From Catajapyx aquilonaris (Eukaryota), in NCBI GenBank assembly GCA_000934665.2, contig KZ538133.1, positions 106,149 to 126,148 of the forward strand: a stretch of 20,000 nucleotides of DNA. Reading direction: 5' to 3'. The notes below the pieces were generated by a model that ran no database searches, was not told the origin of the DNA, and was given only the letters and a program-made list of their open reading frames with translations. Positions 1 to 11,926 of this stretch are shown here, one piece after another; the first letter of the stretch is position 1, and every line of letters starts with the position of its first letter. A program made the translations under genes and the position numbers.

Positions 1-18
1 TGGTCCTGGTACATCTGG

Positions 19-28
19 CCAATAATGG
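19..28. promoter_or_regulatory. CArG box (SRF/MADS consensus CC[A/T]6GG)
   Basis: CCAATAATGG is an exact consensus match; a single site could be chance. Confidence 0.25.
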
Positions 29-712
29 CGTAACATGGAGGTGTTTAATTACAAGTAATGAGTTTAAAAACAGCCACTACAAAAATCAATAACATTACTC
101 GCCCCCCTTTACACTATTTTGTAGCCCCACTATCCATAAAAAGCGTGAACCTGGAACGCTCTCCCCAAAAGTACCGGAGCCACGCGCAATTTGCGACCAC
201 AAAAAATACTTTGGCAAATTGTTTGGACGTGAATGGCGTGACACTGGATAATCCTATGTCCCCTGTGGTCGTTTGTCATCTGAAAGGACAGTTTCGGGGT
301 GAGAAAGTCACGTGCTATCACTAGTCCCCCCAGATCTCCCCTACTATAAAAAATAGGTATGTCAGATTAGACAGGCTCGTGTCTTTCGTACGTGTACAAT
401 CATGTTTGTGTGTAGACATTTCGTGTTTGTCCCTCTTGTGTTGGTTTAGGGAAGACTAGTAGAAGGGGGAGGAGCAGTCGCGTGGGAATAATGAGCTGAC
501 CGGAATCATTATCCACAACTACCACTTCTACGACTGATATACGCCATCAGCCAGGCCCTTTGTCTGCATAACTACTCCCCAAATCATTTCCCTTCGGGAA
601 CTCTGCCTGCAACAAAAGTTGGAACTCCCACCCTCTTTGTCACTGTCACAGTTTCCAGAAAGTCGGACGTTGCCTTTTCAATTTGTGGGGGAGGGTCAGA
701 GCGACGACATGA

Positions 713-1284
713 AACAATAGACACGTTCCGGACTTGTATGCGCTATCAAATGTTGTGCCTAATGAAATCTGCTTGTATCATAACTCCTCACAATGGAATA
801 AGTCCTTTTGAACTTACAATAGCGTGTCGTGGACATTTTTTTTTGACAATAAAATTGCTTATGTAACACTCTCCACATCCATCACACACACGTAATAAGA
901 ATTGACTCCAAACTTTCCAGCACCTTCAGCCATAAAGTTCTGAAACATTCTACAAAACAATTTCCCGATTCCGTGCCTCTTGATCTATACCAGGTATAAC
1001 GCAAAACAAGCAGGGCTTCAAATACTCAGCCTGTCCACTATCGGAAAACTGTAATGTGTTCCTTCTCCGTTTTATTTCAGACACCCACCACCCCTTTTTC
1101 CCAAGAACGTCAGCAGTCCAGCCCTGTTTTTTTTTTTACGCTTGGAAACAATTCCCACTGAGAGCAATCGTTGTTTTTTTCCACTTTCCCCCCCTTCCGA
1201 GGGAATCAATAGGAATCAGATCATCTGACACCCATAGACTCTCCAGTTTCGTGTCAAAATCGCATCGATCCCCTTTTCAACAAT
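713..1284 (+). promoter_or_regulatory. Co-oriented Sox-type (ACAAT) motif cluster
   Basis: ACAAT cores at about 714, 790, 816, 846, 957, 1148 and 1280, all on the + strand. Confidence 0.35.
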
Positions 1285-2333
1285 CGCGAACGCACGTAAA
1301 ACTTCTTTCCATACATTCTACAAAAAATTTCACCTGCGTGTAACATATGGTGCTGACACCTATCCGAAATGTACAGCCGGTGACAGGACACGGAGTTGTC
1401 CTACGAAGGTTAACGGACCCAATCCGATGGGCACATAAAAAAAAAGAGAGAGAAAGAGAACAAACGACCCTCGTCGAAGATACCGTTTGGGACATGCACA
1501 GCCACTTCTGCCATGCTTGACAAATTGTTGGGAACTATTTTTGCGTCAGGAAAAGTTCCCAATCGAGATCGATGGCAGCCATTTCCTTTCGTGCACTTGA
1601 TCAATGCGGATCGACTAGTTTGACACGCAAAACAAAAAGTACAAATCGTTTTACTTTTTGGACGTAGATTTACAGGCTGGTTCTTCACAAAAGTTGGAAG
1701 AATTATTTTTTCTTACTTTCTTCAAAAGTAGTATATCACTTGTTTGCCTTTAGCTTGCGCAAGTAATGAATTGGTGTAATTTAATATGCACGCCTAATTA
1801 AAATATCTATACATATAAGGCAAAGTTTGTCCACACATTACATGGCACCTATTCCGACGACTTGAAACTGTATAGTAACTAAAACAGCAGCGGAATTACC
1901 ATGACACAAAATGGGCAACATTCCTCGCTAAATGTTTGACAATGACATAAATATTTGTCGCTCCAAATGCGACAGTGAAGCTTATGCTAAGTTCATTGAC
2001 TTCGCTCGCAAGCCTGTCCCTGCAATCTAGGGAGAAGACTGCGACTGTTTCAAGCAAAATAATGTATTCTAGACAGTGCTCAGCCACCGGACTTGATAGT
2101 GTCAAGCCCCGTAACAGACGCCTGTTGGCCAACATTCCGAGTATGAGCACGGTGTCCAGAAAATATCCCCACACATTTACATATGTCTGCTTACCTTGAC
2201 ATTCGAGTGACCACATTGAAATATATTTTTTAAAAAGCCCAAAATTGACATTTGATTGGCATTCATTGGATTCATTGGCAGCACATTGAACGTGTGAATG
2301 GTGGATTGCATATTTACAACAATGCTGTGTCCC

Positions 2334-2347
2334 TCACTAGAGGGCAG
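2334..2347 (+). promoter_or_regulatory. Candidate CTCF binding site
   Basis: TCACTAGAGGGCAG matches the CTCF core CCASYAGRKGGCRS at 13/14 positions. Confidence 0.55.
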
Positions 2348-2796
2348 TGGCGTCTGGGTGGGCATGGCGGGGGGGCTCTTTTGTAAGGAGTTGTGAAACG
2401 TCCTGGCAGCAGGCTATCCTGCGGGGTCAGACGGGTGACCTAGGAAAGTGGTTGACACGCCTAAATAAATCACTTTGCGTTAAATGTTCACTTGTTCAAC
2501 GCTGCAGCCCCGCTTCCATGACTTATGTGGCGCAAAAGTGCGCTTGACAATAGATCGTTCCGCGCGAATACCCTCAGTTACAGCCTCAAACTATGCCAAA
2601 CAAAGCAGACACGCAGCCATGTGCGTATAACTCAACCACCATTGCCAGATGACCTCTTCCCTCTCTTGCCATCGTTGCCAGCTGTCCGCAACGATATCCT
2701 TGAGTTGCAAGCCTCGCAATTTCGTGCACGGTATGGGGATTGGTCCACGCCCATTCGGCTCACGTATTTGGAAACCCTAGGGTAGGTATATTTCAT

Positions 2797-2955
2797 CCCC
2801 CCCCCCCTTTCCAACCCCTACCCATACCACTTTCAACCCCCCCACAACCCCCAACCCATGTCAGCGGACAATCACGCGCTCAATGTTCTAATTACCCCCC
2901 ACCAAGCGAGCAGGAAAACTACCCCCTATGCACCCACCATACCCCCTCCCCACCC
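2797..2955 (-). other. C-run-rich tract with G-quadruplex (minus strand) / i-motif potential
   Basis: Many CCC-or-longer runs separated by short loops. Similar tracts occur at ~5230-5262 and ~10981-10996, and G-rich tracts on + at ~6826-6860 and ~9711-9757. Confidence 0.45.
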
Positions 2956-3756
2956 AAAAAAAAAACACACATACACATGGCTGGCGATTCTATGGAGAGC
3001 GAGTTGGCCTGCTCCAATGGCCATAAAATCGAGCCCATCATGTCCACTAGACCCGTTTCAATTAACACTTAGTCCACATTTACTAATCTGTTTACTTTCC
3101 AATATTCCAAAACAATATGCATTACACTGCTGGTCCCCCCCGTTTGACTTTGCTCGCTTCATTTAGACGCTTTCAAAAGCCGCAATTGCAACGAATGGAG
3201 GGGGAGGGGGTATATGGAGGGATCAAAATTTACAAACAGCTTCGAACAATGGGGGATATATTTACGATGGGTGGGGTTCAAAAGGTCGACAATCGAAGCT
3301 CACAGAGGTCAGTAACTTGATTACACCATCTACAATCGGGGCATACATAACATGGTGTATTCCGCAAATAAATCATAGAGGGTGGATCAAAAATACCGCC
3401 AATAAAAGTCACAAAATGAGGATAGTGTCCTGATCCTTCGTGTTGTAAAAGGTTTGAATTTGCATGGTTCTGAATGGCCGTTGCAAAGTTGGCTGCAAAA
3501 TTGGTACAAAATGGTTGATTCTACAAAAATAACTACGTACAGCAGGATATGCTTAACTGCTTATTGTCATAATTATTGTGACAATAACTAATATTTGTGC
3601 AAGTTTTCAGCTATTTATTGCAGAATGTACAGTGCACAGACTTTGTCTTTATTTGACAATGATGGTGCAAGTATTGATTTCATACCCAACTTTTGAATGT
3701 GTGATTGTTTTGGATGCCACCATTGGGGATATACTGGTGTTTTGACACTGGCTCCG

Positions 3757-3893
3757 CTAATTACGTTAATTAATCGTTTGACGTTTCTTGCGTCTGCCTA
3801 ATTACGATGACCACTCATTTAGTCAGATGGCGGCGCATTTTAGCGAAAAAACTAGTGCCAATAATTACCCGGCCCCAAAAAATTATTCACGTG
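3757..3893. promoter_or_regulatory. Homeodomain-site (TAATTA) cluster, candidate enhancer
   Basis: TAATTA at 3758, 3767, 3799 and 3862; CTAATTACG occurs twice (3757, 3798); YY1-like AGATGGCGGC near 3825; CACGTG at 3888. Confidence 0.45.
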
Positions 3894-4432
3894 CCTTCGA
3901 GTCTCGCAAGTATAGCCGTTACGTCCTATAAATAACCGACCGGATTAAAACGCACTATTTATTTGGCATCCGGATCATATGATTTTGTGATTATGATTCC
4001 ATGGACCATCAAATCTCGGGCAAATAAAACGCGAAACTAATCCTGCATTGCAAATTTCATAATCGCTCCATAAAATTGCAAACATTAGGGAATTAATAAC
4101 TGACCTCGGGACAAGTGCCCCTATATACGTAGAATGAAACGCGCTCGATGCTGCCTATTTTAAAATGTGAAAAACACCAACAAACATGACAACACTTTTT
4201 TTAAAAAACGATGGACGATGTTTATAGTATACTTATCGGTTTAACACAGTATGAAGAACACTCGTGCTGCCTGCACACCAATATCCATTGTGTTGTAGTG
4301 TAGTATCAATAGCATGGAATCAAAAGTACAACTATCATACTTTTTGATTCCATACTATTGATACTACACTACAACACAGTGGATATTGGTGTGCAGGCAG
4401 CACGAGTGTTCTTCATATTGTGTTATCGATAA

Positions 4433-4433
<1 letters not shown>

Positions 4434-4496
<63 letters not shown>
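4434..4496. repeat. (TTA)21 perfect trinucleotide microsatellite
   Basis: 63 bp of uninterrupted TTA units; it explains the poly-L and poly-N ORFs. Confidence 0.98.
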
Positions 4497-4497
<1 letters not shown>

Positions 4498-4984
4498 ACT
4501 CTAAAGTCTTTATGACACTGACGCGACGCATCCTCTTGAAATTTGACAAAAAATGGACGCAGCCGAGTGTTGTAGTAGTTGTTTCCCCATGGGAATGAGT
4601 AAAGCAGTTTTCGTTGTTGAGGTGCAGGGTAGGCGCAATGATTATCCCTGGGAAACGAGCTCCCGTTGTGGAATCGCATGACCCGCAGGAATTTTTGCGG
4701 GAGGGCCCGGATTTATGCGCCCAATTTCCCACACGTAACCACCCCACGTGTACTGGGGGACTCAGCAAAACAGAAGCCGTAATGCCTTTTACGACCAATC
4801 TCTTTTCTTTTTTCATATCCTCGCCTTCTAACAAAAACCCAGCAATCAAATCAAGGACCCAAGGCTCTCTTATCCTTCCCAAGAAAGTCAAAATGTCAGC
4901 TGTTAAACGCTCCCATGTCAAGAAACGTTATACTCAGATTATATTTATGACAGGAAAATATTATCAAAAGTACAGAAACTTGTT

Positions 4985-5017
4985 ACTTGCCCCCTCACTT
5001 GCTCCCTCACTTGCCCC
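4985..5017. repeat. 12-bp tandem repeat, ~2.7 copies (ACTTGCYCCCTC)
   Basis: acttgccccctc acttgctccctc acttgcccc. Confidence 0.85.
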
Positions 5018-8000
5018 TTTTTAATTTTAATTAGATTGTGTACCTCCAAACTGTAAATCTCCGGCTCTCGAGAAGCGGAATAAAAACAGTTGTGCTAAAA
5101 GTTCGCAGGTTGATTAATTATGAAAATCTGCTTTTCCCTAGATTTTCGCGTTTCGACACAAAGGAAAAGTTGTTACTTTGCATGGCCATCCTGAGTGCGT
5201 GCCAATGACTGTATTATTTTGCCTTTTCCACCCTCCTCCCCCCCCCCGCCCCCCCAAACCCCACAGCCTGAAGGCAGGTGTGTCGGGCGCCATGTGCAGG
5301 CCTTCGTTCCTTGGTCGGTTGGGCTCGTTTGTTGCGCTTGTTGCGTGCGGCTTGCTTTTGTCCCGTGCTGCCTTTTGTGTGCGCGCCAATTGACAAAACC
5401 AACACCGATAAGCGTCGGCCAAACAAGCCCACCTTTCCGAATCTCGCCTACCTGCGACGCCCCAAAATTCACATTCCGTTGGCAGGTCGGTCGCTGCTAT
5501 ACAAATGTCGGCAAGTACAAAGTGACCAGGCAAATCACCACAGAAATCGGTATATTAATGCCCCACCCTTTCAATTTGTATAAAAATTTAAAAAATATAT
5601 AAATTTGTCAACTCACTAGTTTCATCCACCAGAGGCGCTGTCTCCACCCATTGCACAGGCGCAGACCAATAGGAACCATCAGTCATACAAATGTGTCATA
5701 TATTCCACACATGACAGCCAAAAAATGGCACCTAACAGTTAAGTCTAACTTTAAAAACCTGGCGTATGCTATACATATTCATAGCCCTTGTTTTGCATAC
5801 GAGGATTTGCGCAAAAAAAATGCCCATTTGTGCGATAACACCAGCAATACCGTCCGGGGGTATATTCAATTTCCCTCAGCGAAAGTGTCGAATTAACATT
5901 TGAATCTGTCCATTCAGTCCACTTGCGTCCCTTTTTTATCTTTTTGCGCATTCCACCCCACAAAAAAAAACTCGGAGTTGATCCTGCAGTTTGGATTCTC
6001 CAAATGTTTGCGAATCAGAAGCAAAATCCCAGCTCCTATAGGGTTATACACATTACAATATAGATCCACCACCCTGCTCCTTTCCCCCCAATTTACCACA
6101 ACCTTCGTAGAGACATTAATTTCATTCCCTTTTCCTCCCCCGTTTTTGTAGCGTCGCCACAAAAGCTTTCCCTCCGCCATTTCTTCCCCTCAGACACCTG
6201 CAAATTAAATGCTTGATTTATGTCTTTTTTCCCCTCACCTAAAGCTCACCGAATCATTCTTCCCCCCTAGTTCTCCCCTAAGGTCGTCATAACTAATTGC
6301 CTTCAGGATACCTTATTTTCGTCATATTACTTCTAAGCAAGAAAATGTCCAACAAAGTCAGCTTATCCGAAAGGAAAATATTCTCAAACACTATATCATT
6401 GCGCAAGAAAAAAAAATCTGGCATAACACATTAAAGTATATTTCCTCTCAAAAAAAGTGCATGCAGAGTGACAAAACACTCTCAAAATATTCCAAGATGG
6501 CAGTTTACATAAAACTTGGAAAAGTCATTTGCAGACACATTGGCGTGAAAAATGCACAATTTCAGACCCTTTTGTGCGGTTCCTCCGTGGAGACACATTT
6601 CATCTGGCATGAAGGTGAGTCAATATGGCCGAGTTATGCCTCCTTTAGAAGACATGGAGGAAGGAGAGGGGGGCTAATCTGCATTAAGCAAGGATCTGGA
6701 TGAGATGGAGGGGAAAACAGGGGGGGAAGGTTTGCGAAAATCGGTCCCTTTGGTCCAATGTCTCTGCGACGGATACGATCCATCCGAAAAACCGTCTCTG
6801 CATTTTACACTCGGAAAATTAGTTAGGGGTGTGGGTGAAATGGGGGTGGAGAAAAGTGGGAGGAATCCCTCCCAATCAATACCACCTTCAGGAACAGAAT
6901 CACCTCTTTTCCTTCTCCTCAATATAAAAAAAAGAGCAGTGTAAAGAATTTTAACTAAAGGCCAAAATTAGAAAGCGAATACCGTCATTTTCAGGAATCT
7001 TCGCAACAAACTTGCCACTTTGTTGAAATGGTTAATAACTTTTTTCGCAATTATGAAAATGGCATTCTGTGGTATGAGGAGGCTACACCACACGACCTAT
7101 AATTGCATTTCAGGTGAAACACAATGCATGTAAGTTATTTATTATACGAAAGTTCGTTGGACTTGGAATTTCATTCACTTTCATGAATTCAGATTGATCG
7201 ATCTTCTTATCACAGCAATAACACGGGAGAGAGGCAAATTTATTGATGCTGAGAATTCCAAGATCTCGAGATTTGGAACAATAGTGGTTGTTTTCTCATG
7301 CCATGCCCCAATACTTGTCTTAGGAAATTGATGATGTTAGCCTACTTGCTGTGCATTTGTCGTGTCGAGGCCTACTTACACGTCGGCAGAAAAGAGAGAA
7401 GGAAACGACCGATTTGAGCGTGTCAACTAAATTGAGTCAGCATCTTTTCATCATGTGGACATTTATGACCCTGTGCTGACATGCATGTTTTTGCCATGTA
7501 CACATTTTAAACTTCCTGCACGCCTTTGTTTCCGTTGGTAAATTACCTGTACCTACAGTCAGCTCCGTATCGGTGGAAATCCATCAGACTATGTTGCCAC
7601 ATCCTCCAGCGTTAAAACACGATCAAACGAACCTCTTCTTTCACATCACTGGTGGACTACTAGTTATTCGAAACCTACGAAGCAAATTGACCTGGAAATT
7701 AGGGACTGCCGGCTCCACATACAAAGCAGATATGGGCGCATTTGAATCAGCGAAATTGGTCAGTCAGTTTTGGAGCAGTTTCTTGCCTGTGGACATTTTC
7801 TATCGGTACATCCCCGTGCCCTGTGCAAGTGTGTGATGAGCATACAGTAGAGAGGGTCCGCGCTTAACCAAACTTCGCTCGGCCGAGCACAAATGACTTG
7901 AAGCCCCAAATGGGGTCCACTTGACCCGCCCTCCATTTTTCTCCAAAGTGGGGGTCCAGCTGGCAGTTGGTGGGCAGTCACGCGTGAAATTCAAGTTCCA

Positions 8001-9400
8001 ACAGTTACCCCCTCCTCTTTTCACCAACACTCTGCCTGTTAACCTCACTAGGGTCCATCTGCACATTTTTACCCCAAAATGTGGCCATATTTTGTGAGAA
8101 AGTGGGTCTACTTATAACAAGGTATAACTCGAGGTTGGTGGTCCAAAAGCTTCAAAAGTCGCGGATCTAGTCAAGTATATAGTGAAACAATAACTTGCGA
8201 ACTTGCCTGCAGTGCAACTACAGTACACTGTACAGTATGAAACATAGTGCTTTGGATAATCAGCCTACTATAGTGCTATAGTCATCAGCTCAATATTTAA
8301 AATCCGTCTGAAGTGGTATCGCTAAGCTTGAATGAGTAGGGGTGAAGCTTTTCCAACCATCCGATATATACCCAAATCGTCTGCTCAGAATTGCCTTGAT
8401 GGTAGTAATTAGGACGCTGAAAAACGTCTGCATAATTTGGGGCATCAATTACTGCCGAGTCCCGCCTTTAAAGGATATTGTTGCGTGAAAGGGCCAGAAG
8501 GAAATTGATATCACATCGCAGCAGGAAGGAATCAGCGTACCAGTTAATAACTTAATATATGATTCAAATGAATGTTCTAAAATTAATATTTCGTACCAAA
8601 GTACTACATCACATAAAAATAGCCTAACCTACTATAATACTCCTTGAAGCTATTTTAAAATTAGCTCAAAGTTCGTGCCCTTCACCTGCACGCCTCTCCA
8701 AATGTAACGATCTGAAAGTGCTCTTTTACATAGCATTTTATATCCTTCATTAGTAATTACAAACAAGGCCAATGCTCTATAAAAGTGCAATAGTATTTCC
8801 GATCCCCACTTAAATTGAAAACGACCCCTTAAGCGTCCTTTGATGGATGATTACTGACTATTAAGGACATAACAGACTGACAAAGCTGTCTCACTCGACT
8901 CCAACACTGAGACAATGCAGAAGCAGCTTTGTCCAAATAAGCATGATTCAAATCTTAAGCCATTTGCAGCGTAAGTCTGGCATGAAAGTCAAGGCTTACT
9001 GTACGTGACGCCTGGAAAAACATATATTCCAGACTCCCCCCAAAAAATCGAACACTTCTCAAGTGATCGTCCTGTCCTGTTATGGCGCCAAGGCACTCGA
9101 ATTCTTTTCATACTTTGAGAAGATCCTATTTGGTGGCAAGAATTCCAGCAAAAAGTCCCCCTTCTCCCAACCACCTTCATCATCCATCAGTGCACCAATA
9201 TTGCTTCTTAGGTGTCTTGGAATGAAATTGAGTTAGCTTCCTATTTATAACTATACGTGTCAATATGCACATGTTGGAATAAACGGTGTGATTAATAACA
9301 GCATAATTCTGCTATTTTACAAGACTATAATAGAGCTATAAATAGGCAATGTCTCCAAGAGGAGAAAAGCGCATTTGGCAAGACATGCTGGGTGGGAAAG

Positions 9401-9519
9401 TAATTAGTGGAGTCCGCAATTAGGATCCCTGCTCGACTTGTAATTACTTGACTTGCTGTAATTGGGTTTGGACTCTGCGCACCTTTAGCCAATCCTATTT
9501 AATTGTGCTCAACCAATTG
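9401..9519. promoter_or_regulatory. Homeodomain-site (YAATTR) homotypic cluster, candidate enhancer
   Basis: Six YAATTR sites at 9401, 9417, 9441, 9459, 9500 and 9514, in sequence that is otherwise not AT-rich. Confidence 0.5.
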
Positions 9520-11829
9520 GAAGAAAGCCTATATGCTTGATTCTTTTTTAGCCAGGATTGTGGGGCAATTTTGTGTTTTTTTTTCCTCTGTTGGTCGAAT
9601 GGAATTGTGGGAAGCGGATAAAACGCAGTGCTGTCCAATTACAGCTCAAGCCTTCAGCGCCTCGGACCTAGGCCTATGTGTTGTTTTTTTCTAGAACCAA
9701 GAGTCCGTGCGGGGGTGGCAGGAGGAATGGAGAGGGTAGTGGGGAGGAAGGGGAGGGAGAAATATGAAGTAACCCCACAAAAGAAGCTTTTGGAAAAGAC
9801 AAGGGCAGGGGTTGGCGAAAATGAGTGCTATTCGCTTATTGGCCTGGAGGAGAAATTCATTCGAGCGATTTCATTTCGAAGAGAGGAGAAAAAGAAAAGA
9901 AAGTGGTGGAGACGCCGAGGATGAAACGAAGGGGAAAAGGCTCGCAATAATCCTGCAAGAAGAAGAAAAAAAAAAGTTTTTCAACTCCAGTCTTCTGGAT
10001 CTGGCAGTGCTGCTGACCGACTAGTTAAAAACTTGGGGAGGTAGTGAAAAGATCACAACTTTTGCTTCGAGGAAATGCACTTCATTTGCTCGCTCCTTGT
10101 AAGCTGATTTATTTTTTGGGGAGACGATTCGCACTTTTCATAAGACCCTGTTCACACTATTACGCACCTAAGTATTACAGCTTAATTGTGGATAAGTATT
10201 ATTAGAAATGAATCGCCACAAAGTTCTTTCTCAATAATTTACTTTGAACAGTACATGCCATGGTTGAAATGAAACTGCAGTAGCATGCCGTACAGCTTTT
10301 ATATTTGATCCAACTGTAATGACAGCCTCTGTGGTAATGAAGTCACTAGCACAGTGGAAAAATGCAGGCGACACCTCTCGTCCGTTTAAGTGCAGCCGCA
10401 ACTGCAAGACTAATGCTATTACCCCACATTTTGCATGTGTGAATTTTTTTAGCAACACACTGGCCATAAACAGAAGGGTTAAATTACCAACATGGTGTAA
10501 CTAGATAGGTGAAACCACCAAAATTTAATTTTTGTAATAAAAAAAGGCCTACAGTTCCACATGTAAGTTACTTTCCAATTTCCAGTGGCAATGGCAGGAA
10601 TTTCCAAAACCATCCTGATTATAAAATATAGGTCATTTTCTGGCCCATGTTTTGACCACACACATGCACACGAATGCATTCCAGCATGCAAATATTTGCG
10701 TCAACAGAATGTTTTCCTTTTTCCACCACCAGCCAACCGGTTTTCAATTTGTGAGAGATTGAATCGCATCATAGCGGAAGCTCTCTGGAGATACACTCTC
10801 TCTATGCCAGAAGCACGTATGTCAATAAGAAGCTGGCTCTTTCTCAAGGGTTTCTTGTGGAAATCCATTCCTCTCCCCTCCCTCCCCCTATCCTCCCCAC
10901 CATGTCCAATTGAGTTTGCATCGATAGGAAAAGTCGGCCATTTTGTTTGCATCGCAACATCAGTGTGGCCAGATGCTTCTCCCCCCCCCTCCCCCCCTGG
11001 AGGGTTGCGACAAATCCAATCGACAATCTCGTGGCTACCAAACGGATTTGCCGCGTCAGGAAATAAGGAAAGAGACGAAAAAGCTATCCCTATGTCACTG
11101 AGAAGAAAATTTTACTAACTTTCTTCTTTTCATCTCTCGCCCTAGCTGTCCGCCAAACTTCATTTTGCAAGACCAGGCGGAACAAAATACGCAGAATTGT
11201 GACCTCAGGCGAGAAGGAACGACAAGGATCGCTTTTGATGCAATATTGTAACGATGCCAATATAACAACTTCCACCATTTTTGAAAGTTTCGCCAATAAT
11301 ACTGCAGACTTTTCAGCTATTATGTTAGTTCTTCATTTGTCCATTAAAAAAAAAATTTGTACAGCAGATACTGGTACGTTTCCGAATTTAATAAAGGGAG
11401 CCAGAAAAAAAAGCTCTCTGGGTAGTGCTGAGTAATGGGGAAAAAAACATGGCGGTATGTGCTAAAAAAGTTGTGTCGAAAACTCTCCCATCCAATAGTC
11501 ATCTTTTTGTCGGTGCACCTCATTTAGGGGAATTTCCTCTTTGCGAAAAAGGGGCCCGAGGGGTAGGGAATAGAAACAAAAGTGTAGTTTGGGAGCTGAG
11601 GAGCTGTTTGGGAAACCAAAGTTGCGTCTCCGCAGTTTCAACTTGGGCGCCACCTCTCCCAATTAACCCCAATTAGGCAACTTCCCAGCCCACTGGATAA
11701 ACAACCCACTTGTTTCGCCCGCGAAACTTCGCCACCTATCGATTCCATTGCCGAAACACGCCTCATGCCATACACCTCATGCCATTCATGCATCTGCTCA
11801 AAAGGACTACAATATGTCACAGCAGGATT

Positions 11830-11845
11830 ATCATCATCATCATCA
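11830..11845. repeat. Short (ATC)5 microsatellite
   Basis: atcatcatcatcatca. Confidence 0.8.
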
Positions 11846-11926
11846 AACATTTTGGATAATGTAACATTGGGTGATTAACGTTATTTAATATATTTGGCTA
11901 CTTAAAGCACTTCATTACTGCATAGT

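Noticed and set aside
1..36. Minus-strand ATGs running off the window (MYQD... reminiscent of the Fra-2 N-terminus, or MLRHYWPD...)
   Set aside because: Only 4-12 codons are visible, and the residue after MYQD is H/Q rather than Y; insufficient evidence.
450..460. GGAAGACTAGT match to the miR-7 5' end
   Set aside because: The match stops after 11 nt and there is no convincing hairpin.
4107..4118. 12-nt match to miR-92 on the minus strand
   Set aside because: Seed is broken and no star arm is visible.
4364..4921. 185-aa minus-strand ORF with poly-N, and overlapping poly-L ORF (4386-4598)
   Set aside because: The homopolymer runs come from the (TTA)21 microsatellite; no recognisable domain.
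5626..5640. CCACCAGAGGCGCTG, CTCF-like
   Set aside because: One base is missing from the core spacing relative to the consensus.
10141..10159. TAA-GACCCTGTTCACACT, resembling a PIF/Harbinger MITE terminus
   Set aside because: No matching inverted end found in the window.
11528..11537. GGGAATTTCC NF-kB consensus
   Set aside because: Isolated single site, compatible with chance in 20 kb.
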